From an uncultured Clostridia bacterium (GTDB lineage: Bacteria; Bacillota; Clostridia; UBA1381; UMGS1253), in contig CALAUK010000160.1 in NCBI GenBank assembly GCA_937892135.1, positions 1-41,674 of the forward strand: 41,674 nucleotides of DNA. The letters run 5' to 3'. Numbering within the stretch: the stretch's first letter is position 1; every line of letters starts with the position of its first letter. This document shows, piece by piece, positions 26,637 through 36,591 of the stretch. A program made the position numbers and the translations under genes. The notes under the pieces were generated by a model. It had not been told where the DNA came from and ran no database searches. It saw only the letters and a list, made by a program, of their open reading frames with translations.

Positions 26637-27836
26637 TTAATTTGTGTAGTTATCAAAATAGCCCTGAATAAGAACAACGGGAGTTCCCTTGTCTCCTGAA
26701 CCGCTTGTAAGGTCACATAGAGAACCGATAAGGTCAGTAAGCTGACGGGGAGTTGTTCCCTGAGAAGCCATATTACCAACAAGGTTGTCTTCCTTTGTTT
26801 TTATGCTCTCGGAGATTGCCTTGCGAAGAGCCTCGCCTGATAAATCTTTAAAATCATTATCTGCAAGATACTTTAGCTTAATCTCGTTAGGTGTTCCGAT
26901 AAGTCCGTCTGTAAATGCGGGGGAAACAACCGGATCTGCAAGCTCCCAGATTTTGCCCTGAGGGTCTTTAAAAGCTCCGTCGCCGTAAACCATAACCTCA
27001 ACGTGCTTTCCTGTTTCTTTAAAGATAGTTTCCTGTATAGCAAGAACAAGGTCTTTGCACTCTCTGGGGAAAAGCTTTATCTTATCCTCTGTTGATTTGT
27101 TAGAACCCAAAAGGCCATATTTTTCATTACAGCCTGAACCGTTTACGGGTGCGGTTAAAATATCATCAAGACCGAAAACAATCTTTGCACCTGCTGCTTT
27201 TAAAATTCTCTTTGTTCTTTTTCTTGTGTGAATATCGCAAGTAAGAACACAGTCTGTATAATCCAAAATAGCTTTTGGCTGATTTGCAAATATAATTTCT
27301 ACCTCAGCGCCCTCTTCGCGAACTATGCCCGCATAGTAGTCAACATAGTCAACACCTGTAAATTCGTGTTTGTTTTCGCCGAAAAGGCTTCTGTATTTTT
27401 CCAAAGATAAAACATCTGAATAGGGATTAACATTAGCCTCGTCAATTTTATCCAAACTAACAAGCTCGTTACCAACCTCGTCAGACGGGTAGCTTAGCAT
27501 AAGAACGATTTTCTTTGCCCCTCTTGCTATTCCTCTTAAGCAAACAGCAAAACGGTTACGGGAAAGTATGGGGAATATAACTCCAACAGTTTCACCGCCG
27601 AACTTGTTTTTCACATCGGCTGCGATATCGTCAATCGATGCATAGTTACCCTGAGCACGAGCTACGATAGACTCTGTAAGAGAGATAACGTCTCTGTCAC
27701 GAAGAGAAAAGCCTTCGCTTTTGGCGGCCTCAAGCACGCTTTCAGAAACTATTTTTACCAAATCGTCGCCTTCTCTTATGATAGGGCAACGGATTCCGCG
27801 CGATACTGTGCCGACTCTTCTTTCACCATTTGTCAT
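26637..27836 (-). CDS. F420-0:gamma-glutamyl ligase (CofE)-like protein with a central insertion
   Basis: TESIVARAQG, GLLGSN and DKGTPVVLIQG resemble CofE motifs. ATG 27836 is preferred because the 27911 start lies inside the predicted promoter. Confidence 0.7.
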   Translation of the reverse strand: MTNGERRVGTVSRGIRCPIIREGDDLVKIVSESVLEAAKSEGFSLRDRDVISLTESIVARAQGNYASIDDIAADVKNKFGGETVGVIFPILSRNRFAVCLRGIARGAKKIVLMLSYPSDEVGNELVSLDKIDEANVNPYSDVLSLEKYRSLFGENKHEFTGVDYVDYYAGIVREEGAEVEIIFANQPKAILDYTDCVLTCDIHTRKRTKRILKAAGAKIVFGLDDILTAPVNGSGCNEKYGLLGSNKSTEDKIKLFPRECKDLVLAIQETIFKETGKHVEVMVYGDGAFKDPQGKIWELADPVVSPAFTDGLIGTPNEIKLKYLADNDFKDLSGEALRKAISESIKTKEDNLVGNMASQGTTPRQLTDLIGSLCDLTSGSGDKGTPVVLIQGYFDNYTN

Positions 27837-27901
27837 AAATAACCACTCACTTACTAAATAAGATTTTCCGCAAAAAACGGAATAATTTTTATCACCCAAT
27901 A

Positions 27902-27930
27902 ATTTTAGCACATTTGAAAGAATTTTTCAA
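27902..27930 (-). promoter_or_regulatory. candidate sigma-A promoter of the CofE-like gene
   Basis: The minus strand reads TTGAAA, 17 nt, then TAAAAT. Confidence 0.5.
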
Positions 27931-28011
27931 TAGTAAATTTAAGATAAATCAGGTTTATTTAAAAAAACTTTCATTAAACACTCAAATTTGAACATAATGC
28001 CGCCAAAAATA

Positions 28012-28040
28012 TTGATTTTATAGCTAGTTTGTGATAAAAT
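28012..28040 (+). promoter_or_regulatory. candidate sigma-A promoter of comEC-holA
   Basis: TTGATT, 17 nt, then TAAAAT with an extended TG. It overlaps the GTG 28031 start of the longest ORF. Confidence 0.5.
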
Positions 28041-28081
28041 TAATAAAAATATATCATTTTTTTGGAGTTTGTGTTTTAAAG

Positions 28082-30469
28082 ATGGTCAGAAGTATGGGAA
28101 TAAAGCTTTATATGATTATTCCTGCGGCGTTTTTTATTGCTGTCGGAGCAATTGTTTTTGGGTATTACTTTAGCGAGTGTGTATTTTTATCCTTTTTGTT
28201 AAGTGCTGTATTTCTTATATGTTTTAAATTTTTATTCAGAAGACAAATAGCAGTTCTGGCTATTTGTCTTGTGTGGTTTTTTATCTTTTGTTTTTACAGT
28301 ATGGATAAAAGCTTCGACAAAGGTGCATTAAAAGAATTTGAGAATAAAGATATCGTTTTGTATTGTGAAATTAAAGGCTTAGAGAGTAAAAGTGAGTATT
28401 TAAGTACCTATACAGCAGAAACAGTTGGAATTTTAGAGGATGGAAATGTAATAAATTTAAAGGAAAAATGCGAATTAAGTCTCGATTCAGAAGATGATTT
28501 AAATTTTTCTTACGGAGATTTTATAAAAGTTAATGCTAAGGCAAGTGAAATTCCGGGAATAAAAAATTCGGGCGAAACGGATTTTTCTCTTTTGAAAAAG
28601 GCAAAAGGAATAACATACAGTCTTGAAGCTGACAAAGTTAAAATGCTTGCGCCGTTTGATAAGATATCGGATTTGGAGGACTTGTCTTATTGTTTAAGAA
28701 GTTACATAAAAACCGTATGCTATAATATGTTAAGTGAAAAAAGCGCCGCATTAGTTATGGGAATATTAATAAGCGACAAATCACTTTTAGACGAAGAAAC
28801 CCGGGAAATTCTTGAAAGTGCGGGAATTATGCATATCTGTGTTGCATCGGGAATGCATGTAAGCTGCATTATGTCAGCTATGGCGTTTCTTTTAGCGGGC
28901 ATTGGAGTGAAAAGAAAATATTTTCTCGCTCTTGCTCTTCCTGTAATTTTGTTCTATGCTTTTTTAAACGCTTGGTCGGCTCCGATTATAAGAGCGGGGA
29001 TGGGAGCGGTTTTATTTTGCATTTCTTTTAATGTAAAGCGTGATTATGATCCATTTATCGCTCTTTGCTTTTCAGGACTTACTATTTTATTGTTTTCACC
29101 GCTTAAGTTGTTTGATGTTGGATTCTTGCTTTCATTTTCAGCAGTTTTAGCACTTATTTTTCTTAAAAGTGATTTAACAAAACTTTTTTCAAAAGAGAAT
29201 ACGAGGAAAAGAAGAGAAAACAGGATTTTAAAAAGGATGCTTTATTATATTAAAACAACGGCTTTGGCAAGTGCTGCAGTTTCTTTTATTGTGATTCCTG
29301 CTTGTGCGTATTATTTTGGATATATAAGCCCTTATTCTATTGTTACAAATTTAATAGTGTCGTGGGTTTTGCCGTATTTGTTCTTTTCGGCATCTGCGAT
29401 GGTAATTTTGTGGTTTGTTCCGATAATCGGAGAGGTTTTTGCGTTTTTTGCAAATGCCGTCGCTCAGTTTATTTTAAAGGTTTCAGAAATTATATATCGT
29501 GTTCCTTTTTCAAAAGTAGAAGCATTTGTTCCGTTTGCGGTTTTCGTAATAATAATTTTTCTGGTTATATTTTTTCATAATGCAAGGAAAAAGAAAGTTA
29601 TAAATCGTATAGGAAAAGTTTTGTCACTCGCGGTTTTGGGAGTGCTGGTTTCGGGACAAGTGTTTTCTTTTCTTGCCGGAATAAACACAGTAAAGGTGAG
29701 ATTTGTAAATGTAGGCGAGGGAGACGGATGCATAATAAAGCTTGCAGACGGAACGGGAATTGTTGTGGATGCAGGTGGGAGTGAGTTTTCTTCGGAAGAC
29801 AGAACTTTTACGCCATATATAAAAAGAATGAATATAAAAAAGATAGGGTATGTGTTTGTGTCGCATTTTGATGCAGACCACGCAAAGAACATTTTATATG
29901 TTTTAGATAATTTCAAGGTTTCAAATGTTATCCTGCCCTTAAAAGAGTCTGAAAGTAAATATAAAAACCTTATAGAGAATAAGGCTAAAGAGCAAGGCTC
30001 TGATATAGTTTATGTGCGGGCCGGAGATGCATTTTACATAAGAGACAATATTAAAGCAGAATTCTTTTCTCCTGCAAGGGAAGTGTTTCCCACAGAAAAC
30101 AATGGTTCAATGGTTATGAAGATAGATTTTGACGGGACAAGTATATTGTTCTTAGGTGATATCGGAAAAGAATTGCAGAGCTCTTTGGCTATAACTTACG
30201 GAGAAAAATTAAAAAGCGACATTGTGAAAATTTCGCATCACGGAGACTATAATTCATACAGCTCGCTTCTTATGGATTGCGCAAAACCAAAATTTGCAGT
30301 TATAAGCTGCGGAGACAATGAAAGATATTCTCATCCTGATGATGAGGTTATAAAAAAGCTCCAGAAAGAAAACATTATTACATATATCACAAAAACAGAC
30401 AAAGACATAAAGTTTAATATAGATTTTAAAGACTCCATAAGAGAAAAGTACTACGAAAGGAAGTTTTAA
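28082..30469 (+). CDS. comEC: DNA internalisation competence protein ComEC/Rec2 (membrane domain plus C-terminal metallo-beta-lactamase domain)
   Basis: Polytopic competence domain (SAGIMHICVASGMHV) and MBL motifs (SHFDADH, HHGD). The start is uncertain (28082, 28094 or 28031). Confidence 0.88.
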   Translation: MVRSMGIKLYMIIPAAFFIAVGAIVFGYYFSECVFLSFLLSAVFLICFKFLFRRQIAVLAICLVWFFIFCFYSMDKSFDKGALKEFENKDIVLYCEIKGLESKSEYLSTYTAETVGILEDGNVINLKEKCELSLDSEDDLNFSYGDFIKVNAKASEIPGIKNSGETDFSLLKKAKGITYSLEADKVKMLAPFDKISDLEDLSYCLRSYIKTVCYNMLSEKSAALVMGILISDKSLLDEETREILESAGIMHICVASGMHVSCIMSAMAFLLAGIGVKRKYFLALALPVILFYAFLNAWSAPIIRAGMGAVLFCISFNVKRDYDPFIALCFSGLTILLFSPLKLFDVGFLLSFSAVLALIFLKSDLTKLFSKENTRKRRENRILKRMLYYIKTTALASAAVSFIVIPACAYYFGYISPYSIVTNLIVSWVLPYLFFSASAMVILWFVPIIGEVFAFFANAVAQFILKVSEIIYRVPFSKVEAFVPFAVFVIIIFLVIFFHNARKKKVINRIGKVLSLAVLGVLVSGQVFSFLAGINTVKVRFVNVGEGDGCIIKLADGTGIVVDAGGSEFSSEDRTFTPYIKRMNIKKIGYVFVSHFDADHAKNILYVLDNFKVSNVILPLKESESKYKNLIENKAKEQGSDIVYVRAGDAFYIRDNIKAEFFSPAREVFPTENNGSMVMKIDFDGTSILFLGDIGKELQSSLAITYGEKLKSDIVKISHHGDYNSYSSLLMDCAKPKFAVISCGDNERYSHPDDEVIKKLQKENIITYITKTDKDIKFNIDFKDSIREKYYERKF

Positions 30470-30470
30470 A

Positions 30471-31487
30471 ATGGCAAAAGCAGATGATCAGGGTTTAAAA
30501 AACTTAAGAGTCGATATAAAAAGCGGAACATTAAAGAATAGCTATCTTATTTTCGGCGATGAAGATTTTTTAAAGCATCATTATATAGAAACCATAAAGA
30601 AGATGGTAGTTGAAGAGGATTTAGAAGAATTTAACTTAACTGTTTTTGAGGGAGAAAAGCAGGATTTTGAAGAGATTTCAATGGCACTTAATACTCCGCC
30701 GATGATGGCAGAAAAAAAGCTTATTGTTATTAAAGACAGCAGAATTTTTAAGTCTGCAAATGAAGAGCAAAAAGAGTTCTGGGTTAAAGTGTTTGAAAAC
30801 ACTTACGAAGACGTGTGCCTTATATTTGATGAAAGCGTGGTTGACAAGAGGAGTGTTTTGTATAAGGCATTTATAAAGACGGGCGAGAGTGTAGAGTGCG
30901 CTTATGTTCAGGGCGTTGAGCTTACAAACTGGGTGGCACGCGGTTGCCGCGGCGCAGGAAAAAGCATAGGCGAAAAGGAAATTAGCTACCTTATTTCGTG
31001 TTGTGATGGCGGAATGAACAGCATTAAAAGGGAGCTTGAAAAGCTGTTCTCCTTTTGCGATACTGACAGAATAACTATTGCAGATATCGATAAAATAGTC
31101 ACCAAAGCTCCTCAGAACAGAGTTTTTGAAATGATAAACGATATGCTTTCAGGAAACGGGAAGAAAGTTTTTGAAAAGTTAGAAGAGCTTAAAACCTTAA
31201 AAGAATCTGCCTTTGGTGTTCTTGGTCTTTTGTGTTCTAATTTTGAAAAGATTTTAAGAGTTAAGCTTATGCTTGAAAAAGGAATGCCATACAGAAATGT
31301 AGCAGCAGAGCTTAAGATATTCCCAAGACAGATGCAGGTTTATTCTTCTGCAGCAGAGAAGTTTTCAAAGCCCTTTTTAAGAGAGGCTATAACGAAAATT
31401 TCTGAGATTGACCTCGATATAAAAAGCGGAAAAACAAAAGACTGGCTTGCGGTTGAAAGATTTCTTGCGTGGTGTGTTAATAAATAA
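30471..31487 (+). CDS. holA: DNA polymerase III delta subunit
   Basis: 338 aa with a delta-like N-terminal domain, in the conserved Firmicutes position immediately after comEC. Confidence 0.85.
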   Translation: MAKADDQGLKNLRVDIKSGTLKNSYLIFGDEDFLKHHYIETIKKMVVEEDLEEFNLTVFEGEKQDFEEISMALNTPPMMAEKKLIVIKDSRIFKSANEEQKEFWVKVFENTYEDVCLIFDESVVDKRSVLYKAFIKTGESVECAYVQGVELTNWVARGCRGAGKSIGEKEISYLISCCDGGMNSIKRELEKLFSFCDTDRITIADIDKIVTKAPQNRVFEMINDMLSGNGKKVFEKLEELKTLKESAFGVLGLLCSNFEKILRVKLMLEKGMPYRNVAAELKIFPRQMQVYSSAAEKFSKPFLREAITKISEIDLDIKSGKTKDWLAVERFLAWCVNK

Positions 31488-31488
31488 T

Positions 31489-31520
31489 AAAAGCTCAGGT
31501 TAAAAACCTGAGCTTTTTTG
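31489..31520. terminator. bidirectional intrinsic terminator between holA and the SDR gene
   Basis: AGCTCAGGTT-AAAA-ACCTGAGCT hairpin flanked by A and T runs. Confidence 0.85.
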
Positions 31521-31530
31521 TTTGAAATCA

Positions 31531-32331
31531 TTATTTGGGCTGCTTGCCTATGTATGCTAAGATACCGCCGTCAACATAAAGAATGTGACCGTTAACGAAA
31601 TCAGATGCATCTGATGCAAGGAATACTGCAGGACCTGCTAGGTCTTCTGCTTCACCCCAGCGAGCAGCGGGAGTTTTAGAAATTATAAAGCTGTCAAAAG
31701 GATGTCTTGAACCATCAGCCTGTCTTTCACGAAGGGGAGCAGTCTGAGGAGTTGCAATATATCCGGGTCCGATACCGTTACACTGAATATTAAACTCACC
31801 ATACTCAGATGCGATATTTCTTGTAAGCATTTTTAAACCGCCCTTTGCTGCTGCATAAGCAGAAACTGTTTCACGGCCAAGCTCACTCATCATTGAACAA
31901 ATGTTAATAATCTTACCCTTACCCTTTTTAATCATTGAGGGGATAACAGCCTTTGCCATAATGAAAGGTGCATTAAGGTCAACATCAATAACCTGACGGA
32001 ACTCTGCTGCTGTCATCTCAACCATAGGAATACGCTTGATGATACCTGCGTTGTTAACCAAAATATCAATCACGCCAACCTCTTTTTCAACCTGAGCGAT
32101 AAAAGAAGAAACCATTTCTTCGTTTGTAACATCGCAAACATAGCCGTGAGCCTTTATGCCGGCTTCCTCGTAGCTTTTAAGACCCTTGTTAACAAGGTCT
32201 TCATTAATGTCGTTAAAAACGATTGTTGCTCCGCACTCAGCATAAGCCTTTGCAATAGCAAAACCGATTCCATAAGATGCTCCTGTTACAAGAGCAATTT
32301 TACCTTCTAATGAAAAATTGTTGATATTCAT
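31531..32331 (-). CDS. SDR-family oxidoreductase, gluconate 5-dehydrogenase-like
   Basis: TGASYGIG cofactor motif, NNAG, and catalytic YAAAK. The N-terminus closely resembles proteins annotated as gluconate 5-dehydrogenase. Confidence 0.85.
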   Translation of the reverse strand: MNINNFSLEGKIALVTGASYGIGFAIAKAYAECGATIVFNDINEDLVNKGLKSYEEAGIKAHGYVCDVTNEEMVSSFIAQVEKEVGVIDILVNNAGIIKRIPMVEMTAAEFRQVIDVDLNAPFIMAKAVIPSMIKKGKGKIINICSMMSELGRETVSAYAAAKGGLKMLTRNIASEYGEFNIQCNGIGPGYIATPQTAPLRERQADGSRHPFDSFIISKTPAARWGEAEDLAGPAVFLASDASDFVNGHILYVDGGILAYIGKQPK

Positions 32332-32365
32332 TGTAAAATCCTCCTATAAAATTCAATATGCATAC

Positions 32366-32394
32366 ATAATATCATACTTAAGTTCTAAAATCAA
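32366..32394 (-). promoter_or_regulatory. candidate sigma-A promoter of the SDR gene
   Basis: The minus strand reads TTGATT, 17 nt, then TATTAT with an extended TG. Confidence 0.5.
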
Positions 32395-32415
32395 GATGTT
32401 TTAGAGAAAAAAATT

Positions 32416-33465
32416 CTACTTTATTACTCCACCGCCAACGACATAGTCGCCCAAATAAAAAACTGCCGACTGACCGGGAGAGATGGCTCTCTGGGGAACG
32501 TCAAACACTGCGCGGACAGTGTTTTCGTCTACAGGATAGATAGTTGCATCTGTTTCGGGCTGCTTGTAGCGTGCTTTGATTTTGACACGCATAGGCTCTT
32601 TTAAGCTATCTATCATAATCCAGTTTACATCACGGGCATATAGCTCTGAAGAGAAAAGCTCTTCCTGTTTTCCTAATGTAACAGTGTTATCAGAACAAGA
32701 TTTTCCTACAACAAACCTTGGTTCACCAAAGGTTATACCAAGCCCTTTTCTCTGACCTATTGTATAATTTATAAGCCCCTGATGCTTTCCTAAAACCTCG
32801 CCAGAGGAATTTATAAAGTTTCCGGAAAGAGCCTTCTTTTTTGTGTAGCTTTCAATAAATGATACATAATCGCCGCCCGGAACAAAGCATATATCCTGAC
32901 TGTCGGGCTTTTTTGCATTTATAAGGCCGAGGCTTTCAGAAATATTTCTTATTTCGCTTTTTGCGTATTCGCCTAAAGGGAAAAGGGTTTTTTCAAGCTG
33001 GCTCTGAGTTAAGTTATAAAGAAAATATGTCTGGTCCTTTTTTTCATCTTCTGCCTTTTTTAAAAGGTAGCGACCTGTTTTTTCGTCATATTCTTTTTTT
33101 ACATAATGCCCCGTTGCAATATAATAAAAGCCGTGCTCTTCTGCAATTTCAAGCATTTTTGAAAATTTTATATATTTGTTGCAGTTTACACAGGGGTTTG
33201 GAGTTTCGCCATTTTCATAGGAAGATATAAAGCTTTTTATAATCATCTTATCAAAATATTCTTCAAGCGAAAAAGAAAAATGATCTATTTCAAGCTTTTC
33301 GCAAACGGCTTTTGCATCTGAAATATCGGTCTCTGAGGCACAGCCTTTATTAAAAAGCTTAAGCGTTACGCCTGAAACTGAAAAGCCCTGATTTATTAAA
33401 AGAGCTGCCGCCGCAGAGGAGTCTACTCCGCCGCTCATTCCCACCATAACTTTTTTTTCGTTCAT
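32416..33465 (-). CDS. mnmA: tRNA 2-thiouridine(34) synthase MnmA
   Basis: PP-loop GMSGGVDSS, the catalytic Cys region NPCVNCN, and DSQDICF. Confidence 0.95.
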   Translation of the reverse strand: MNEKKVMVGMSGGVDSSAAAALLINQGFSVSGVTLKLFNKGCASETDISDAKAVCEKLEIDHFSFSLEEYFDKMIIKSFISSYENGETPNPCVNCNKYIKFSKMLEIAEEHGFYYIATGHYVKKEYDEKTGRYLLKKAEDEKKDQTYFLYNLTQSQLEKTLFPLGEYAKSEIRNISESLGLINAKKPDSQDICFVPGGDYVSFIESYTKKKALSGNFINSSGEVLGKHQGLINYTIGQRKGLGITFGEPRFVVGKSCSDNTVTLGKQEELFSSELYARDVNWIMIDSLKEPMRVKIKARYKQPETDATIYPVDENTVRAVFDVPQRAISPGQSAVFYLGDYVVGGGVIK

Positions 33466-33543
33466 TACTTTTCTCCTTAAGTTTTACTTAAGTTTATTGT
33501 ATCACAAAGGCTTTATTTTAGCAAGTCAATCTTAAAAATCGGG

Positions 33544-33572
33544 TGGACAATTAAGGAATATTATGGTACAAT
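33544..33572 (+). promoter_or_regulatory. candidate sigma-A promoter of azlCD
   Basis: TGGACA, 17 nt, then TACAAT with an extended TG. Confidence 0.45.
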
Positions 33573-33622
33573 AAGCTAGGAATTTATTTTGTGTAAAATT
33601 GCATTAAGAAAGTGAACTTGAT

Positions 33623-34306
33623 ATGAAAAAGACAATGAAAAAGGCATTTATGGATACGATTCCCGTGTTGACGGGTTATCTTGTGCTGGGTTTTGGCTTC
33701 GGGATTATTTTAAAATCAGGCGGATACGGAATATTGCACGCATTTATAATGAGCTTTTTTATATATGCGGGCTCTATGCAGTATGTTGCAGTCGGTCTTC
33801 TTAGCGGAGGCGCTTCTTTAATTACTGTGGCTCTTACTACGCTTATGGTTAATGCAAGGCATTTGTTTTACGGCATTTCTATGCTTGAAAAGTATAAAGA
33901 TACAGGAAAAATAAAACCGTATCTGATATTTGCTTTAACTGATGAAACATATTCTCTTGTATGTAATGACAGTTTGGATGTTACAGAAGAAAACAGAAAG
34001 CATTATTATTTTTTAGTGACGCTTTTTAACCATCTTTACTGGGTTTTGGGCACTGTTTTCGGTGCGGTTGTCGGCTCGCTTATCCGTTTTAACAGCGAGG
34101 GTATTGAGTTTGCGCTGACGGCACTTTTTATTACCGTATTTATTGAACAATGGCTGACAAGCAGAAAGCACGCTCCTGCAATTACCGGAGTTATTGTATC
34201 TGCAATCTGTCTTGCGCTGTTTGGCCCGGATAAATTTCTTATTCCTGCAATGCTTGTAATTACTCTTGCGCTTTGCATTTACAGGGAGGGTAAAGAAAAT
34301 GACTGA
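33623..34306 (+). CDS. azlC: AzlC-family branched-chain amino acid exporter subunit
   Basis: Polytopic protein with an AzlC-like YAGSMQ motif, followed by an overlapping azlD. Confidence 0.88.
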   Translation: MKKTMKKAFMDTIPVLTGYLVLGFGFGIILKSGGYGILHAFIMSFFIYAGSMQYVAVGLLSGGASLITVALTTLMVNARHLFYGISMLEKYKDTGKIKPYLIFALTDETYSLVCNDSLDVTEENRKHYYFLVTLFNHLYWVLGTVFGAVVGSLIRFNSEGIEFALTALFITVFIEQWLTSRKHAPAITGVIVSAICLALFGPDKFLIPAMLVITLALCIYREGKEND

Positions 34307-34625
34307 TTTTAATACCTGGGTAATTATTTTTGTGATAGCGCTTGTTACGGCTCTTCTGCGCTTTTTGCCGTTTGTTGTGTTTGGCAACAGCGGAAAAACG
34401 CCTCCCATTATAAATAAGCTTGGCAGAATACTTCCTTATGCGGTTATGGGAATGCTTGTTGTTTACTGCCTTAAAAACACCACTTTTTCTGATATGTCCG
34501 GTTTTTTGCCACAGCTTATTTCGGGACTTGTGGTTGGGGCACTTTATGTATGGAAGAGGAACACTCTTATCAGTATCATCTGCGGAACGCTTTGCTATAT
34601 GGTTTTGATACAGATGGTGTTTTGA
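34299..34625 (+). CDS. azlD: AzlD-family branched-chain amino acid exporter small subunit
   Basis: 108-aa protein with 3-4 TM helices. ATG 34299 is preceded by GGGAGGG and overlaps the azlC stop by 8 nt. Confidence 0.85.
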   Translation: MTDFNTWVIIFVIALVTALLRFLPFVVFGNSGKTPPIINKLGRILPYAVMGMLVVYCLKNTTFSDMSGFLPQLISGLVVGALYVWKRNTLISIICGTLCYMVLIQMVF

Positions 34626-34651
34626 GATGAGAGAAATAAGGTGAAAGTATT

Positions 34652-35620
34652 ATGGAAAACGATATTAAAAAAAACAGAATAAAAAAGTTAAAAGCACTCT
34701 GTTCAAATATAGGTTTGGGTTTTTTTGCTTATGAGGGAGTTTCACATTTAATGTACACTCTTGTAAGTATCATAATTTCCTTTGTGTTTGTGCTTTTTAA
34801 CAAAGACAGTGCCGTTGTTTTAAAAAGCGAGTGGTTTTCGTGGGTATCAATGATAGTTTTAGACTATGGATTTGGTCTTATCATTATGGCGGCGATTCTT
34901 AAAAGAACAAATAAAAGCCGTGTTATATATCCTAAAAGAAGTTTGCATAAAAAAAGCTATATTGCGCTTGGGCTTGTTTGTATGGCAGTAATGTATTTAG
35001 GCTCTTTTGTAAGCAGTGGCTTAAGCGGCATTATAGAAAGGCTTTTCGGGGTTGTTCCTAATGACACTACTTCATTTGTAAAAGATATGAACATTGTATG
35101 GATGATAGTTATGGTTGTTATATTAGGCCCCATTGTTGAAGAAATAATGTTTAGAAAGTTTATTATAGACCGCCTGCGCTCATACGGGGAGCTGTTTTCA
35201 ATTATAGCATCGTCTCTTTTGTTTGCGCTTTTGCACGGCAACATCTATCAGGTGTTTTATGCATTTGGCTTTGGTGCAGTTTTAGGACTTGTTTATGTTA
35301 AGACAAACAATATTAAGGTAACGATAGCGTATCATATGATTTTTAACTTTTTAGGAAGCGTTGTACCTGTTGGCTTGATGAGATTTGGCGAAGCTAACGA
35401 ACAGGCAGGTCTTGTTGTTGCGGCGCTTTACTCTCTTTTAGTGATTTTTGCTATTGTTTCGGGAGTGTTTTTGTGCATAACATACTTAAAAAAGGTTAAG
35501 CTTAAAAAGTCAGAGTGTGATATTCTTACAGGGGGAGATAAGGCGTGTGCCTTCTCGTTTAATCCCGGTATGATTTTGGCATTTTTCATGATAGCATACA
35601 AGTTTGTGGCGTTTTTTTAA
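34652..35620 (+). CDS. CPBP-family (CAAX/Abi) intramembrane glutamic endopeptidase
   Basis: Motif 1 EEIMFRKF, motif 2 LLFALLHG, and a late HMIFN motif in a polytopic membrane protein. Confidence 0.88.
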   Translation: MENDIKKNRIKKLKALCSNIGLGFFAYEGVSHLMYTLVSIIISFVFVLFNKDSAVVLKSEWFSWVSMIVLDYGFGLIIMAAILKRTNKSRVIYPKRSLHKKSYIALGLVCMAVMYLGSFVSSGLSGIIERLFGVVPNDTTSFVKDMNIVWMIVMVVILGPIVEEIMFRKFIIDRLRSYGELFSIIASSLLFALLHGNIYQVFYAFGFGAVLGLVYVKTNNIKVTIAYHMIFNFLGSVVPVGLMRFGEANEQAGLVVAALYSLLVIFAIVSGVFLCITYLKKVKLKKSECDILTGGDKACAFSFNPGMILAFFMIAYKFVAFF

Positions 35621-35659
35621 AGCAAAATACAAAAAAATAAAAAAATATGCAAAAAAAGC

Positions 35660-35688
35660 TTGATTTTGTTATTATATTGTGATATTAT
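35660..35688 (+). promoter_or_regulatory. candidate sigma-A promoter of rpsB-tsf
   Basis: TTGATT, 17 nt, then TATTAT with an extended TG. It predicts a ~145-nt leader. Confidence 0.55.
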
Positions 35689-35840
35689 ATTATGGCGTGA
35701 AAAATACACACATTTTACCAGGCGAGTGAGGGTGCCCAAGTGGTCTTATGAGCCGATAAAGTAAAATGGAGGTATAATGCAGCCTGTGCGGTTTGCCGCT
35801 GCAGAGGCAAATTTATAATTAAAACCGGAGGTAATGTAAA

Positions 35841-36578
35841 ATGGCAAACGTAATTTCTATGAAACAGCTTCTTGAGGCAGGTGTTCATTTCGGACATCAG
35901 ACAAGACGCTGGAACCCCAAAATGGCAGAGTACATCTTTACTGAGAGAAACGGTATTTATATTATCGATCTTCAGAAGACAGTAAAGAAAGTTGAAGAAG
36001 CGTACAACTTCATCCGTGAGGTTGCTGCAAACGGCGACGATGTGCTTTTCGTTGGCACAAAGAAGCAGGCGCAGGATTCCATCAAGGAAGAGGCTGAGAG
36101 AGTTGGCATGTATTTTGTTAACGCTAGATGGCTTGGCGGTATGCTTACAAACTTCAAGACAATCAAAAAGCGTATTGAAAGACTAGAGCAGCTTAACAAG
36201 ATGCAGGAGAATGGCACATTTGACCTTCTTCCCAAGAAAGAAGTAAGTAAGCTACTAGGCGAAATGGAAAAGCTTGAGAAGTACCTTGGCGGTATCAAGG
36301 ATATGAAGAAGCTTCCCGGCGCTTTGTTCGTAGTAGACCCCAAAAAGGAAAAGATTGCTATTGCAGAAGCTAAGAAGCTTGGTATTCCTGTTGTTGCAAT
36401 CGTTGACACAAACTGTGATCCTGAAGAGGTTGACTATGTAATTCCCGGTAACGACGATGCTATCAGAGCCGTTAAGCTTATTGCTGGCGCTATGGCTAAC
36501 GCTATTATCGAAGGCAGACAGGGCGAGCAGTTTGAAGCAGCAGCTGAAGAAGAAGCTGCAGAGGCTGACGCTGAGTAA
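35841..36578 (+). CDS. rpsB: 30S ribosomal protein S2
   Basis: [22 protein letters not shown] is the canonical S2 N-terminus. The C-terminal tail is acidic. Confidence 0.98.
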   Translation: MANVISMKQLLEAGVHFGHQTRRWNPKMAEYIFTERNGIYIIDLQKTVKKVEEAYNFIREVAANGDDVLFVGTKKQAQDSIKEEAERVGMYFVNARWLGGMLTNFKTIKKRIERLEQLNKMQENGTFDLLPKKEVSKLLGEMEKLEKYLGGIKDMKKLPGALFVVDPKKEKIAIAEAKKLGIPVVAIVDTNCDPEEVDYVIPGNDDAIRAVKLIAGAMANAIIEGRQGEQFEAAAEEEAAEADAE

Positions 36579-36591
36579 TTAAAAAAATTGT

